A stretch of DNA of 25,992 nucleotides from a virus (lineage: Duplodnaviria; Caudoviricetes): positions 1 through 25,992 of the IMG/VR virus record IMGVR_UViG_3300027213_000010; one strand, given 5' to 3'. Positions 6,027-13,370 of this stretch are shown here, in pieces (position 1 is the first letter of the stretch; each line of letters opens with the position of its first letter). Made by a program: the position numbers and the translations under genes. The notes beneath the pieces were generated by a model. That model was not told the origin of the DNA. It was given only the letters and a program-made list of their open reading frames with translations, and did no database searches.

Positions 6027-7032
6027 AGCCTTTAGTGGCACCGTAACCAAGTGAAAAGGGCCACTTAGCATCGCACCAATCTTGCACGGCCTTTACGGGT
6101 ACTCCGCTGATAAAGAAATCAATGGCGCCGCATCCTGGTTTATAGAGATGCTCGCTATTGCTGGCACCACCGACTGCTTGATTCACATTTTCTGGCCTGT
6201 TACCACTGGTGATAATGACTGGCTTGTTACCGAATTGAGTTCTGGCTTTCTCAATGAAAACGCACAATTCAGTGCAGATGTCACATTGAGCTTGACTGGT
6301 AAAACGCCTGCGCTCTTCATTGACGCAAACCTCGCCGTAAGTGATATGCGGTGTAATAAGCGCAGTAAAAGGCGACGCCGGGGTAAAACGCGGCGCTGAT
6401 TGCTGCAATGGCGGATTGCCAGCAAATAAAGCAACTTCAGCAGCGCGACGGCGTGTAAGGCCAGCTAGCGACTTGCCGTTTGCTTTGTCCCACCTAAGCA
6501 GCTCTTGAGGTACAACCATGATGCCAGGCTCGCCAGCTAACAGCCGCTTGCGCAGGGTGCTGGATTCAACCGCGCCAAGACCTACGTTAAATGCCCATGA
6601 GATCAACGCTGCCTGCTGATTGGCGCCCCATAACTGGCTGTTGGGTAGTAGGCGGTGGATGCCATCGGCAAAACGCTGTAGGTCTTCGGCTAGCCATTGA
6701 TCTGCTTGCGCTTGGCTGATAGCGGGGCCACCAATAGTGATGCTGGGGCCAGTGCGGCCATAGCCCTGCGTCGCAACGCCAGCGGGGCACATGTACGGTT
6801 CAAGTCGGCAGCCTTCAAACTCGGCAACGATCTTGCGGGCAGGATCAAACCATGCTGGGCGATCTGGTTGCTTACCAGCTTGGCTCCATGTCTTAAACCA
6901 CGGCTGATCCCTATTAAAGAGATCAGGCACTTGCTTTAATAACTCAGCTTCTAATTCAACGATAGCCGCCATTTGATGCGGTGTGCCTTGGCGGTAGTAG
7001 CGGAATAGGTCGCTGGGCTTAATCTGACTCAT
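5974..7032 (-). CDS. Endolysin: short N-terminal domain + GH24 lysozyme + peptidase M15 domain
   Basis: GH24: EFEGCRLEPYMCPAGVATQGYG, AALISWAFNVG, GLTRRRAAEVALF. M15: ITSGNRP..N.AVGGASNSEHLY, AIDF, FIHLGIR. Confidence 0.9.
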   Translation of the reverse strand: MSQIKPSDLFRYYRQGTPHQMAAIVELEAELLKQVPDLFNRDQPWFKTWSQAGKQPDRPAWFDPARKIVAEFEGCRLEPYMCPAGVATQGYGRTGPSITIGGPAISQAQADQWLAEDLQRFADGIHRLLPNSQLWGANQQAALISWAFNVGLGAVESSTLRKRLLAGEPGIMVVPQELLRWDKANGKSLAGLTRRRAAEVALFAGNPPLQQSAPRFTPASPFTALITPHITYGEVCVNEERRRFTSQAQCDICTELCVFIEKARTQFGNKPVIITSGNRPENVNQAVGGASNSEHLYKPGCGAIDFFISGVPVKAVQDWCDAKWPFSLGYGATKGFIHLGIRAGRPRVRWDY

Positions 7033-7310
7033 CGCTTTAGGTTGCGGATAGCTGCCCTAACGGGATCGTAAAGGCCAAGGATGGCGCTGACTTGCGTCGC
7101 GGTAGCAGTGTGCTTAATGTTCTCTTCAATGATGTCGGTGACGACTGCCTGCACCTCAAGCGGCTTAGCGTGATCTATCAACATGGAAGGCAGCTCAATG
7201 TCGAGTTTGGCGAAGATGGCTGGCAGCTCTTTACGGAGCGCACGATCCACCGCAAGCTTGAGCAGGGTGCGGCCCAGTTCAAGGGCGATGGTGCGGAAGA
7301 TGTTAGTCAT
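7029..7310 (-). CDS. Hypothetical protein in lysis cassette (93 aa)
   Basis: Start at 7310 (MTNIFRTIALELG...) is ATGA-coupled to the upstream ORF, and the stop is coupled to the endolysin start. Confidence 0.7.
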   Translation of the reverse strand: MTNIFRTIALELGRTLLKLAVDRALRKELPAIFAKLDIELPSMLIDHAKPLEVQAVVTDIIEENIKHTATATQVSAILGLYDPVRAAIRNLKR

Positions 7311-7501
7311 TGCGGTGACTTGGTGAGAATGCCGCCAATCCAACCAGCGGCTGTACCTACTGCAGCATAAACGGCTGAAGACTGCGGGTCGCAGTTGGAT
7401 GGTGTGCGAACACGACAAGCTGCAAGATCAATGCCGCCAATGGTGATACCTGCTGCTAGCAACCCCACTAAACAACGCAGTAGGTAGCTGCGTTCATTCA
7501 T
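7307..7501 (-). CDS. Two-TM small membrane protein, holin candidate
   Basis: YLLRCLVGLLAAGITIGGIDLAAC and AVYAAVGTAAGWIGGILT hydrophobic segments; lies upstream of the endolysin. Confidence 0.55.
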   Translation of the reverse strand: MNERSYLLRCLVGLLAAGITIGGIDLAACRVRTPSNCDPQSSAVYAAVGTAAGWIGGILTKSPQ

Positions 7502-7737
7502 CTGCCTTCTAGCTTACTGACGCGCTGCTCGACTGAGTTAAGGCGGCCAAAAGTTTCTTTTCTTTCTTCGCGCATGTCGAGGTGCATGACCTCTAATTGT
7601 GTTGCGATGTGTTCGACGGCGCTGGTCAATCGGACGACAGCATCTTGCTGGCTTTGAGCCCGGCTTGATCTTCCCATCGAGCCCATCGCCGCCCAAGATA
7701 ATGACGCGCCCGCCACTGCTGCAAAGATTTCGATCAT
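7498..7737 (-). CDS. N-terminal hydrophobic anchor + coiled coil protein (holin/hemolysin-like, lysis-associated)
   Basis: MIEIFAAVAGASLSWAAMG then heptads RLTSAVEHIATQLEVMH...RLNSVEQRVSKLEGR. Confidence 0.6.
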   Translation of the reverse strand: MIEIFAAVAGASLSWAAMGSMGRSSRAQSQQDAVVRLTSAVEHIATQLEVMHLDMREERKETFGRLNSVEQRVSKLEGR

Positions 7738-7759
7738 CGCGGCAGGGGGCTACTTATGC

Positions 7760-7765
7760 ATCTTA
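7760..7765 (-). promoter_or_regulatory. Candidate -10-only late promoter (TAAGAT)
   Basis: 22 nt upstream of ATG 7737; overlaps the TAA stop of the upstream ORF. Confidence 0.35.
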
Positions 7766-7897
7766 GCGACCTTGCCCGCGCATAAGCTTCCTGCCATGGC
7801 TGGGCTTGCTGCGTGCGCCGTTACCTTGCCGGGTTCCCTTGGGCTTACCCGGCTGGTGCTGCAGTGATGCGGTGCCGGTCTTGGCTTTTACGACCAC
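7763..7897 (-). CDS. Small highly basic peptide (44 aa, not in ORF track)
   Basis: GTG start; MVVKAKTGTASLQHQPGKPKGTRQGNGARSKPSHGRKLMRGQGR; the PK.TRQG.G...RGQG motif is familiar from cyanophages. Confidence 0.7.
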   Translation of the reverse strand: MVVKAKTGTASLQHQPGKPKGTRQGNGARSKPSHGRKLMRGQGR

Positions 7898-8205
7898 GGC
7901 ATACCTTGAGCAGTGGTCGGTGTGCGCTGCTGGTCGATCTGCGCTTGTAGGGCAGCTTCAATTTCGGTGACCTTCTCGGCGCCACCAAGCTTGTCCTGCA
8001 CCCAGCCGATGACGATCTCGGGAGTGAGGTCAGCGTAAGGGATGACCTCACCTTCAGGCTGCTCCAAGCCGATAGAGCCGTAGGCAGAGCTGGAGTATGT
8101 GCCGTCGTTGGCGGCCACGGTGTAATGGACCGTGAACACAATGCCGTCAGCCGTGTGGCGCTCCATCTGGGCAATGCCCCAGGTGTATTCAGTGGTGGTA
8201 GGCAT
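7888..8205 (-). CDS. Conserved phage protein found after tail fibre genes (fibre-associated)
   Basis: YTWGIAQMER...VFTVHY...AYGSIGL...IPYADLTPEIVIGWVQDKLG...GMPW. Confidence 0.75.
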   Translation of the reverse strand: MPTTTEYTWGIAQMERHTADGIVFTVHYTVAANDGTYSSSAYGSIGLEQPEGEVIPYADLTPEIVIGWVQDKLGGAEKVTEIEAALQAQIDQQRTPTTAQGMPWS

Positions 8206-8226
8206 GGCTCAGGGAGTGGTAGGTGA

Positions 8227-8232
8227 ACTGTA
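8227..8232 (-). promoter_or_regulatory. Candidate -10-only late promoter (TACAGT)
   Basis: 21 nt upstream of ATG 8205; intergenic and not part of a stop codon. Confidence 0.4.
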
Positions 8233-8255
8233 GCTGGGGTAAGTAGTGAAGGTGA

Positions 8256-11200
8256 CTACGCGCCTTTGAGTTGGGCTACATCAGCCTCAAGAGCTTCGAT
8301 GCGCTCCATTGCTTCCTGCAGCGCCTTGACGGCCTTCATGTAGAGCACTGAGTAGTTGACGCTCTTGGTGACGGTGCCAAGGTCGTTGCCTTCGGCGTCG
8401 CGGTCGGGGGATTCAAAAACAAGTCCGGGCGAAACAAGTTCAACTTCTTGGGCAACAAGACCAATCTGCGTGTGGGCCTCATGCCCCGTTTCTTGTTTGA
8501 AGTTGTACTTTCTTACTTGCAGCGCCTTTAGGTCATCCCACTGGGCGCCAGCATTAACAATGTTCTCTTTAAGTTTTACGTCTGAGATGCCCGCGTAGCT
8601 GTTATTTGTGTTCTGAGTATTGCCGTTGGTGAATACATTAAACGAAATTGTGCCTGTTGCAGTTGTTGATGTTGCGCTATGAATGCCAGAAAAGGTCCGA
8701 TCACTTGTTCCGGCTCCAGTTGCGCTTCTTGCTCCAAATACAGTGCGACCGGTTGCGGCAAAGATATTGCCTTCTCCATTGCTATCAACCCTCATCCTTT
8801 CCGTCCAACCCGTGATAGCTGAATCAACGGCTGTTGATGCAGTATTTGTAGTATAAAATCTAAATAAACCCTCTCCATCTAAAACAACTGAAGCTGCTTT
8901 ATTGGCCGCTTGAATATATTTGTCGCTACCGTCGTAATAAGCGTTATAGCGTAAGGCAATTTCATTTGCATTAATGGCTTGAAGTCCACCAGAAGTTTTT
9001 ACTTGAAAATCAATTTTTCCACTAGAAGTGCCAACTAAGAGCCTGCCGGAGCTGTCGATGCGGGCGCGTTCAGAGCCGCTATTTTCAAATGTTAGATGAG
9101 CAATGTTAGATCCACCGTTTGTGGAAATAGCTTTTATTTTTGCAGACTCAAAGTTTGCACTAGCGTTACTTGTGTTATTAAAGGTAAGTTGGCAAAACTC
9201 AGTACCAACAGTCGTAACAGTTGTGTTTTTAATTGCTAGCGTAACGCCGTTGGTGCTTGACACCTCCAGTAATCCAAGGCTAGGGCTAGTAGTGCCAATC
9301 CCTACTCGGTCTGTGGAGGCGTCAACAAAGAACAGCGACGAGTTGGTATCGCCCTCGATGCGGAAGTCGTAGTTCTCACCACCATCGTTGAACACCACCT
9401 CGCCGGTGCCAAACTCAACGCGCTCAACTGCATTAGTTGAGATGGCTACTTGGTCTGCGCCAGGGCTGTAGATGCCGGTGTTGAGGTCGCCAGTGAAGGT
9501 GACGCTGGGTGTAGCTGCTGCGCCAAGCGCATGACTGAATACGCCAGTGGTTGCAACGGTCTGACTGCCGAAGTCCGGGCTGATCTTGGTGCCGGCAATG
9601 GCGGCGCTGGCGTTGATGTCAGCGTTGACAATGCTGGCGTTACCGCTGACCAGTATGGTGCCGGTTTGGTTTGGCAGAGTAATAGTGCGATCAGCCGTTG
9701 GATCGGCAACTGCCAGCGTGGTTTCGTTACCATCGCTGGTGCTGCCTTCAAACACCAAGGTGCCTGCGCTGCCGATCAGCAGCTCACCAGTAACAGTGCC
9801 ACCAGCCGCAGGTAGCGCCAGTGCAGCCAAGTCATAGGCGCTTTTGACGGCAGTAGGCGTGGCAGCCAGTACTGAGCTGGTGGTGCTTGTGCTGTCGCTT
9901 AGTTGGACAATGCCATCAACGCTGGTAGTGGCAGCGCGGAGAGTTAATGCTGGCGTGGTAGTGGCAGTAGCAACAGTCAGTGCAGCAGTGCTGCTGGTGA
10001 CGGTGGTGACAGTGCCAACAAAGTCAGCGCCGTATTCCAAGCCCGTGGCAGTGGCGCTATTGGCGCGTAGTACTTGGCCATTAGTGCCCACCGGCAACTT
10101 GGTCAGCGTTGTAGCTGCACTTGCAGCTAGCAGGTCGCCCTTGGTGTAGCTGGCTACGTTGGTGCCACCTCGCGCTACAGCTAGCGTGCCGCTGGTTATG
10201 TTGGTAGCGTTACGGCATTCAGTGCTGACTTCTTGAATTGCAGTTTGAACGTTACTAGCTGCAATATCACCAGCCGGCACAAAGCTGACATTGGCTGCTG
10301 CAATAGCGCCAGCACCTGCTGATACGTCAATTTCTACCCACTGCGGGAGAGTGGTGCTATACACCGAAAGCAGCAGGTCAGGCGGAGCTAATGTCCCCGC
10401 AGGTGCATTGCCGGAGGTGATTGTGCCGCCTTCGCTGACGACAAAGTAATGCTTGTTGTTGCCTAGCGTTGGTACAGGTAATGCGCTATTAACTACAAAG
10501 CCAGCAGCAACGCCTTCAGGTGTAAGACTTTGCACCTTTCCAACGCCGGATGGACTGCTGGCATCAAACGTGCCGGCTAGAACAATTTGACCGGCTGAGA
10601 TGCCGATTGGCACCCAGACGTTGCCGTCCCACATGTAGAACGAACGGTCTAGTGAGTTCAGGTGTAGTTGACCTGTAAATGTTGCCTCTGGAAACTCCGT
10701 GCCTATTGATGCCGTTGAGTAATCAGCTAACTTGTCAATTGTGACGGCTGCATTAGCAATGCGATCAGTAGGCAGTTCGCCTGTCGTGATCTTGGCTGCA
10801 TCAAGATTTGGTACATCAGCGGCGTCTAGCAGGGCTCCTGCACTGACGTGGCCTTGGGTGTCAACAGTAACCTTGGTGTAAGTGCCAGCAGTAACGCTGT
10901 TGCTGTGGTTGAGTACGCCAGCATTAACAGCAAGACCCGTTCCTGGCTGCACAATCCCCTTGGCGCTAGCTGTAGCGTCCGGCAAATCTGCAGGCGTCAA
11001 TGCGCGGAATGTAGGGGCGGCGTCGGCGCCACTGGCGGGGCCTACGAAAACCGCGTTGGCATCTTGGGTGTCAAGCGTGGTTGTGATATTGGCGGTGTGG
11101 TTGTCGGGGTAGACAACTGCAAAGTTCAGCGGTGTGGTGTCGCTGAAGTTGATAACATTCAAAGCAGCTTGCCGAATCCAAGCGCTGCCGTTCCAGACGT

Positions 11201-11954
11201 ATTTGACGCTGGTATTGGTGTCAAACCAGAGCTGGCCTTCGTATGCGCCACTGCCTACAGGAGTGCCAGCCTGCACGATGGTGGTGCTGTCGGCAGCAAG
11301 TTTGACGGCGGTGATGGCCCCATCTAAAACCTTGGCTGTGGTGACGGCACTCGTAGCGAGGGCTGCTTCGCCCAAGCCAGCCGCATCAATCTTGGCAGTG
11401 GTGATAGCGCCGCTGGCGAGCTTGGCGTTCGTTACAGCAGAGTCAGCCAGCTTGGCGGTGGTGACTGAGCTGTCGGCATACGCGGCCGTGCCTAGGGCTG
11501 TGACTTTCGCGGTCGTGATTGCGCCATCGGCAAGCTTGCCTGTGGTTACAGCAAGATCTTCAATACCGGCAGTGGGTGCCACCACTTGCTGGAAGGTACT
11601 GCCGTCCCACACCTGCAGATTTTTACTGGTGCTGTTGACGTAACCGCGACCTTCAAAGTTATTAGTGCTGGGCGCTACCGAGTCGTAGGCAATGCTGCTG
11701 TCGTCTGCCAGTTTTGCTGCTGTAACGGCGTCGTCAGCTAGCGCCGTGGTGCCCAGCTTGGTGGTGCTGGCCTGGTTCAGCTTGATCAGGTCGATGCTGG
11801 CGCTGTCGGCCAGATTCGCGCCAGCCTGGAACAGGTCTTTGGCTTCTACTTTTTTGGTGGTACTGGCGCCAACGTCAACAATCGCCAGCACGTCATTGGC
11901 AGCGACATCACCCTGAGCAAGCTTCGTGAGCTGCGAAATGCGTTGGTCAGCCAT
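8256..11954 (-). CDS. Long tail fibre protein with C-terminal peptidase S74 intramolecular chaperone
   Basis: N-terminal MADQRISQLT adaptor; AVTTAKLAD repeats; fibre repeat ATTSVDGIVQLSDSTSTTSSVLAATPTAVKSAYDLA; SDVKLKENI...IGLVAQEVELVSPGLV...KALQE autocleaving chaperone. Confidence 0.9.
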   Translation of the reverse strand: MADQRISQLTKLAQGDVAANDVLAIVDVGASTTKKVEAKDLFQAGANLADSASIDLIKLNQASTTKLGTTALADDAVTAAKLADDSSIAYDSVAPSTNNFEGRGYVNSTSKNLQVWDGSTFQQVVAPTAGIEDLAVTTGKLADGAITTAKVTALGTAAYADSSVTTAKLADSAVTNAKLASGAITTAKIDAAGLGEAALATSAVTTAKVLDGAITAVKLAADSTTIVQAGTPVGSGAYEGQLWFDTNTSVKYVWNGSAWIRQAALNVINFSDTTPLNFAVVYPDNHTANITTTLDTQDANAVFVGPASGADAAPTFRALTPADLPDATASAKGIVQPGTGLAVNAGVLNHSNSVTAGTYTKVTVDTQGHVSAGALLDAADVPNLDAAKITTGELPTDRIANAAVTIDKLADYSTASIGTEFPEATFTGQLHLNSLDRSFYMWDGNVWVPIGISAGQIVLAGTFDASSPSGVGKVQSLTPEGVAAGFVVNSALPVPTLGNNKHYFVVSEGGTITSGNAPAGTLAPPDLLLSVYSTTLPQWVEIDVSAGAGAIAAANVSFVPAGDIAASNVQTAIQEVSTECRNATNITSGTLAVARGGTNVASYTKGDLLAASAATTLTKLPVGTNGQVLRANSATATGLEYGADFVGTVTTVTSSTAALTVATATTTPALTLRAATTSVDGIVQLSDSTSTTSSVLAATPTAVKSAYDLAALALPAAGGTVTGELLIGSAGTLVFEGSTSDGNETTLAVADPTADRTITLPNQTGTILVSGNASIVNADINASAAIAGTKISPDFGSQTVATTGVFSHALGAAATPSVTFTGDLNTGIYSPGADQVAISTNAVERVEFGTGEVVFNDGGENYDFRIEGDTNSSLFFVDASTDRVGIGTTSPSLGLLEVSSTNGVTLAIKNTTVTTVGTEFCQLTFNNTSNASANFESAKIKAISTNGGSNIAHLTFENSGSERARIDSSGRLLVGTSSGKIDFQVKTSGGLQAINANEIALRYNAYYDGSDKYIQAANKAASVVLDGEGLFRFYTTNTASTAVDSAITGWTERMRVDSNGEGNIFAATGRTVFGARSATGAGTSDRTFSGIHSATSTTATGTISFNVFTNGNTQNTNNSYAGISDVKLKENIVNAGAQWDDLKALQVRKYNFKQETGHEAHTQIGLVAQEVELVSPGLVFESPDRDAEGNDLGTVTKSVNYSVLYMKAVKALQEAMERIEALEADVAQLKGA
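11270..11560 (-). repeat. Decapeptide-coding repeats (approx. xAVTTAKLAD) in the tail fibre
   Basis: LAVTTGKLAD GAITTAKV.. SSVTTAKLAD SAVTNAKLAS GAITTAKIDA...SAVTTAKVLD GAITAVKLAA; boundaries approximate. Confidence 0.75.
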
Positions 11955-11976
11955 GGTCGAGTTACCTTATGGGATC

Positions 11977-11982
11977 AGTTTA
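11977..11982 (-). promoter_or_regulatory. Candidate -10-only late promoter (TAAACT)
   Basis: 22 nt upstream of tail fibre ATG 11954; overlaps the upstream TAA; AAGGT SD-like sequence follows. Confidence 0.4.
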
Positions 11983-12855
11983 GTCCTCAACTTCCGTTAG
12001 CAGGAAGGCAAGGTTGTCTTGGTTGAGTGCAATGCGGTCATTGTCTTCCTTAAGGACGTAACCTGATGGGCGCCCAACCAGTAGTTTAATTTCGCCAGTG
12101 GTGACGAAATCGATACTGCAAGTAATTAGCTCCGACGCTGATACTTGCAATCCCGAACGGGTTACCATTGCGGTGAACTCGTAAAATATATTTAACTGGC
12201 TAGGGTCATTATCGCTGTCAGTAATGGACAGCAGGCAGTCAAATTCGCTGCCGATGTCAACGCGGTTAATCAGTTGCAATGCCAGCAGCGGGGTTTCTTT
12301 GACGCCAGATGTTTGGCTGTTGAAGATGCAATCAATCTTGCCGGAGCCGCTAATAAGACCGGCGCTATACATGCGCTTAAACTTGTCGCTTAATGCAGTG
12401 GTTTCCAGCGCTTCGCGGTCGGTATTGAACTCATAGGAAGTGACATCACCTAATATGTTGGCGCTGACGTCACGAACCTGTATCTGCAGGGGTAAAGGGC
12501 CGCCACCAAAGTTTTGGATGGTGTATTCTTGCGCTCTGACATTATTAACCGCTGACTGAAAAGAAGGAAAAAACCTGATGCCGCCAGCAGCATTGACGTT
12601 AATGTACTGGCTAAAGCTGCGATGGGAAACGCCTTCGCCATCTACCCATGAATTAACAGGGAAAAAAGCTATGCCTCGCGCATCGTCTGTTGATATTGTT
12701 ACTCTGTCACCTGTCAGCAAATTTTCAGTAGCGCCTTCAATGCCAATCCGGTTAAGGCTTGTAACTGTATCTGCGTCCTTGACTACAACGTTTAAGATGT
12801 TTTCAGAGTTACGACGCAGGCGTACGTTACCTACGTTGCCGAGAAAGTACGTCAT
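11980..12855 (-). CDS. Tail structural protein, tail-tube-like paralogue with acidic C-terminal extension
   Basis: LGDVTSYEFNTDREALETTALSDKFKRMYSAGLISGSGKID resembles the tube motif of 20732..21490; ends YVLKEDNDRIALNQDNLAFLLTEVED. Confidence 0.65.
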   Translation of the reverse strand: MTYFLGNVGNVRLRRNSENILNVVVKDADTVTSLNRIGIEGATENLLTGDRVTISTDDARGIAFFPVNSWVDGEGVSHRSFSQYINVNAAGGIRFFPSFQSAVNNVRAQEYTIQNFGGGPLPLQIQVRDVSANILGDVTSYEFNTDREALETTALSDKFKRMYSAGLISGSGKIDCIFNSQTSGVKETPLLALQLINRVDIGSEFDCLLSITDSDNDPSQLNIFYEFTAMVTRSGLQVSASELITCSIDFVTTGEIKLLVGRPSGYVLKEDNDRIALNQDNLAFLLTEVED

Positions 12856-13337
12856 GCGTCTACTGTTTCTAGGAACGCCCCGTCGACGGTGAATTGTAGC
12901 GATACGCTGGTCAGCTCGCCCGTGCCTACCGTGATGCCTGCACTGGTGATGTAAGCGTTGAAGGCAATGTCGTCCTTGACATCGACGCCCGCGCCTGGCT
13001 GAGCACCAGCGCGCAGCACCATGCCAACGCGATCTGACTCGCTGACGCCATCGTTGCTGGTCTTCATCACCTTGCTAAGCAGTTGATCGAACTGCACTCC
13101 CACGTCACCAGCCTCGGTGCGGTAATACATCACAGTGGCAGAGCCTGTAGAGCTGACCATGCCAGGCGTGTAGCGCTTGACGGCAGTGTCGATGGTGGTA
13201 GTTTCTAGTAGCTCCAGCGTGGTTTCCAGCGACCAGTCGCGAATCTTCAGCACCGACTGAGCCTCGCTTGGGTTAGGCGCAGTAGTCAGAATCGAAGAAA
13301 GGAACAGCTTGCCGCTGCGTCCGGTGTAAAAGCCCAT
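12852..13337 (-). CDS. Tail-tube-like minor tail protein
   Basis: FYTGRSGKL...KIRDWSLETTLELLETTTIDTAVKRYTPGMVSSTGSATVMY...AYITSAGITVGTGELTSVSLQFTVDG. Confidence 0.7.
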   Translation of the reverse strand: MGFYTGRSGKLFLSSILTTAPNPSEAQSVLKIRDWSLETTLELLETTTIDTAVKRYTPGMVSSTGSATVMYYRTEAGDVGVQFDQLLSKVMKTSNDGVSESDRVGMVLRAGAQPGAGVDVKDDIAFNAYITSAGITVGTGELTSVSLQFTVDGAFLETVDA

Positions 13338-13364
13338 TACGTCGCGCCATTAGCCTTTGCTGTT

Positions 13365-13370
13365 AGCTTA
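13365..13370 (-). promoter_or_regulatory. Candidate -10-only late promoter (TAAGCT)
   Basis: 27 nt upstream of ATG 13337; overlaps the upstream TAA. Confidence 0.3.

Noticed and set aside
8356-11916. Many long + strand ORFs opposite the tail fibre (also opposite the tape measure, tail tip and head genes)
   Set aside because: Shadow frames of Ala/Thr/Gly-rich GC-rich genes; low-complexity translations, no motifs, no coupling to neighbours
8256-11954. Diversity-generating retroelement or invertible fibre cassette
   Set aside because: No reverse transcriptase or invertase in the window, and I saw no template/variable repeat pair or flanking inverted repeats
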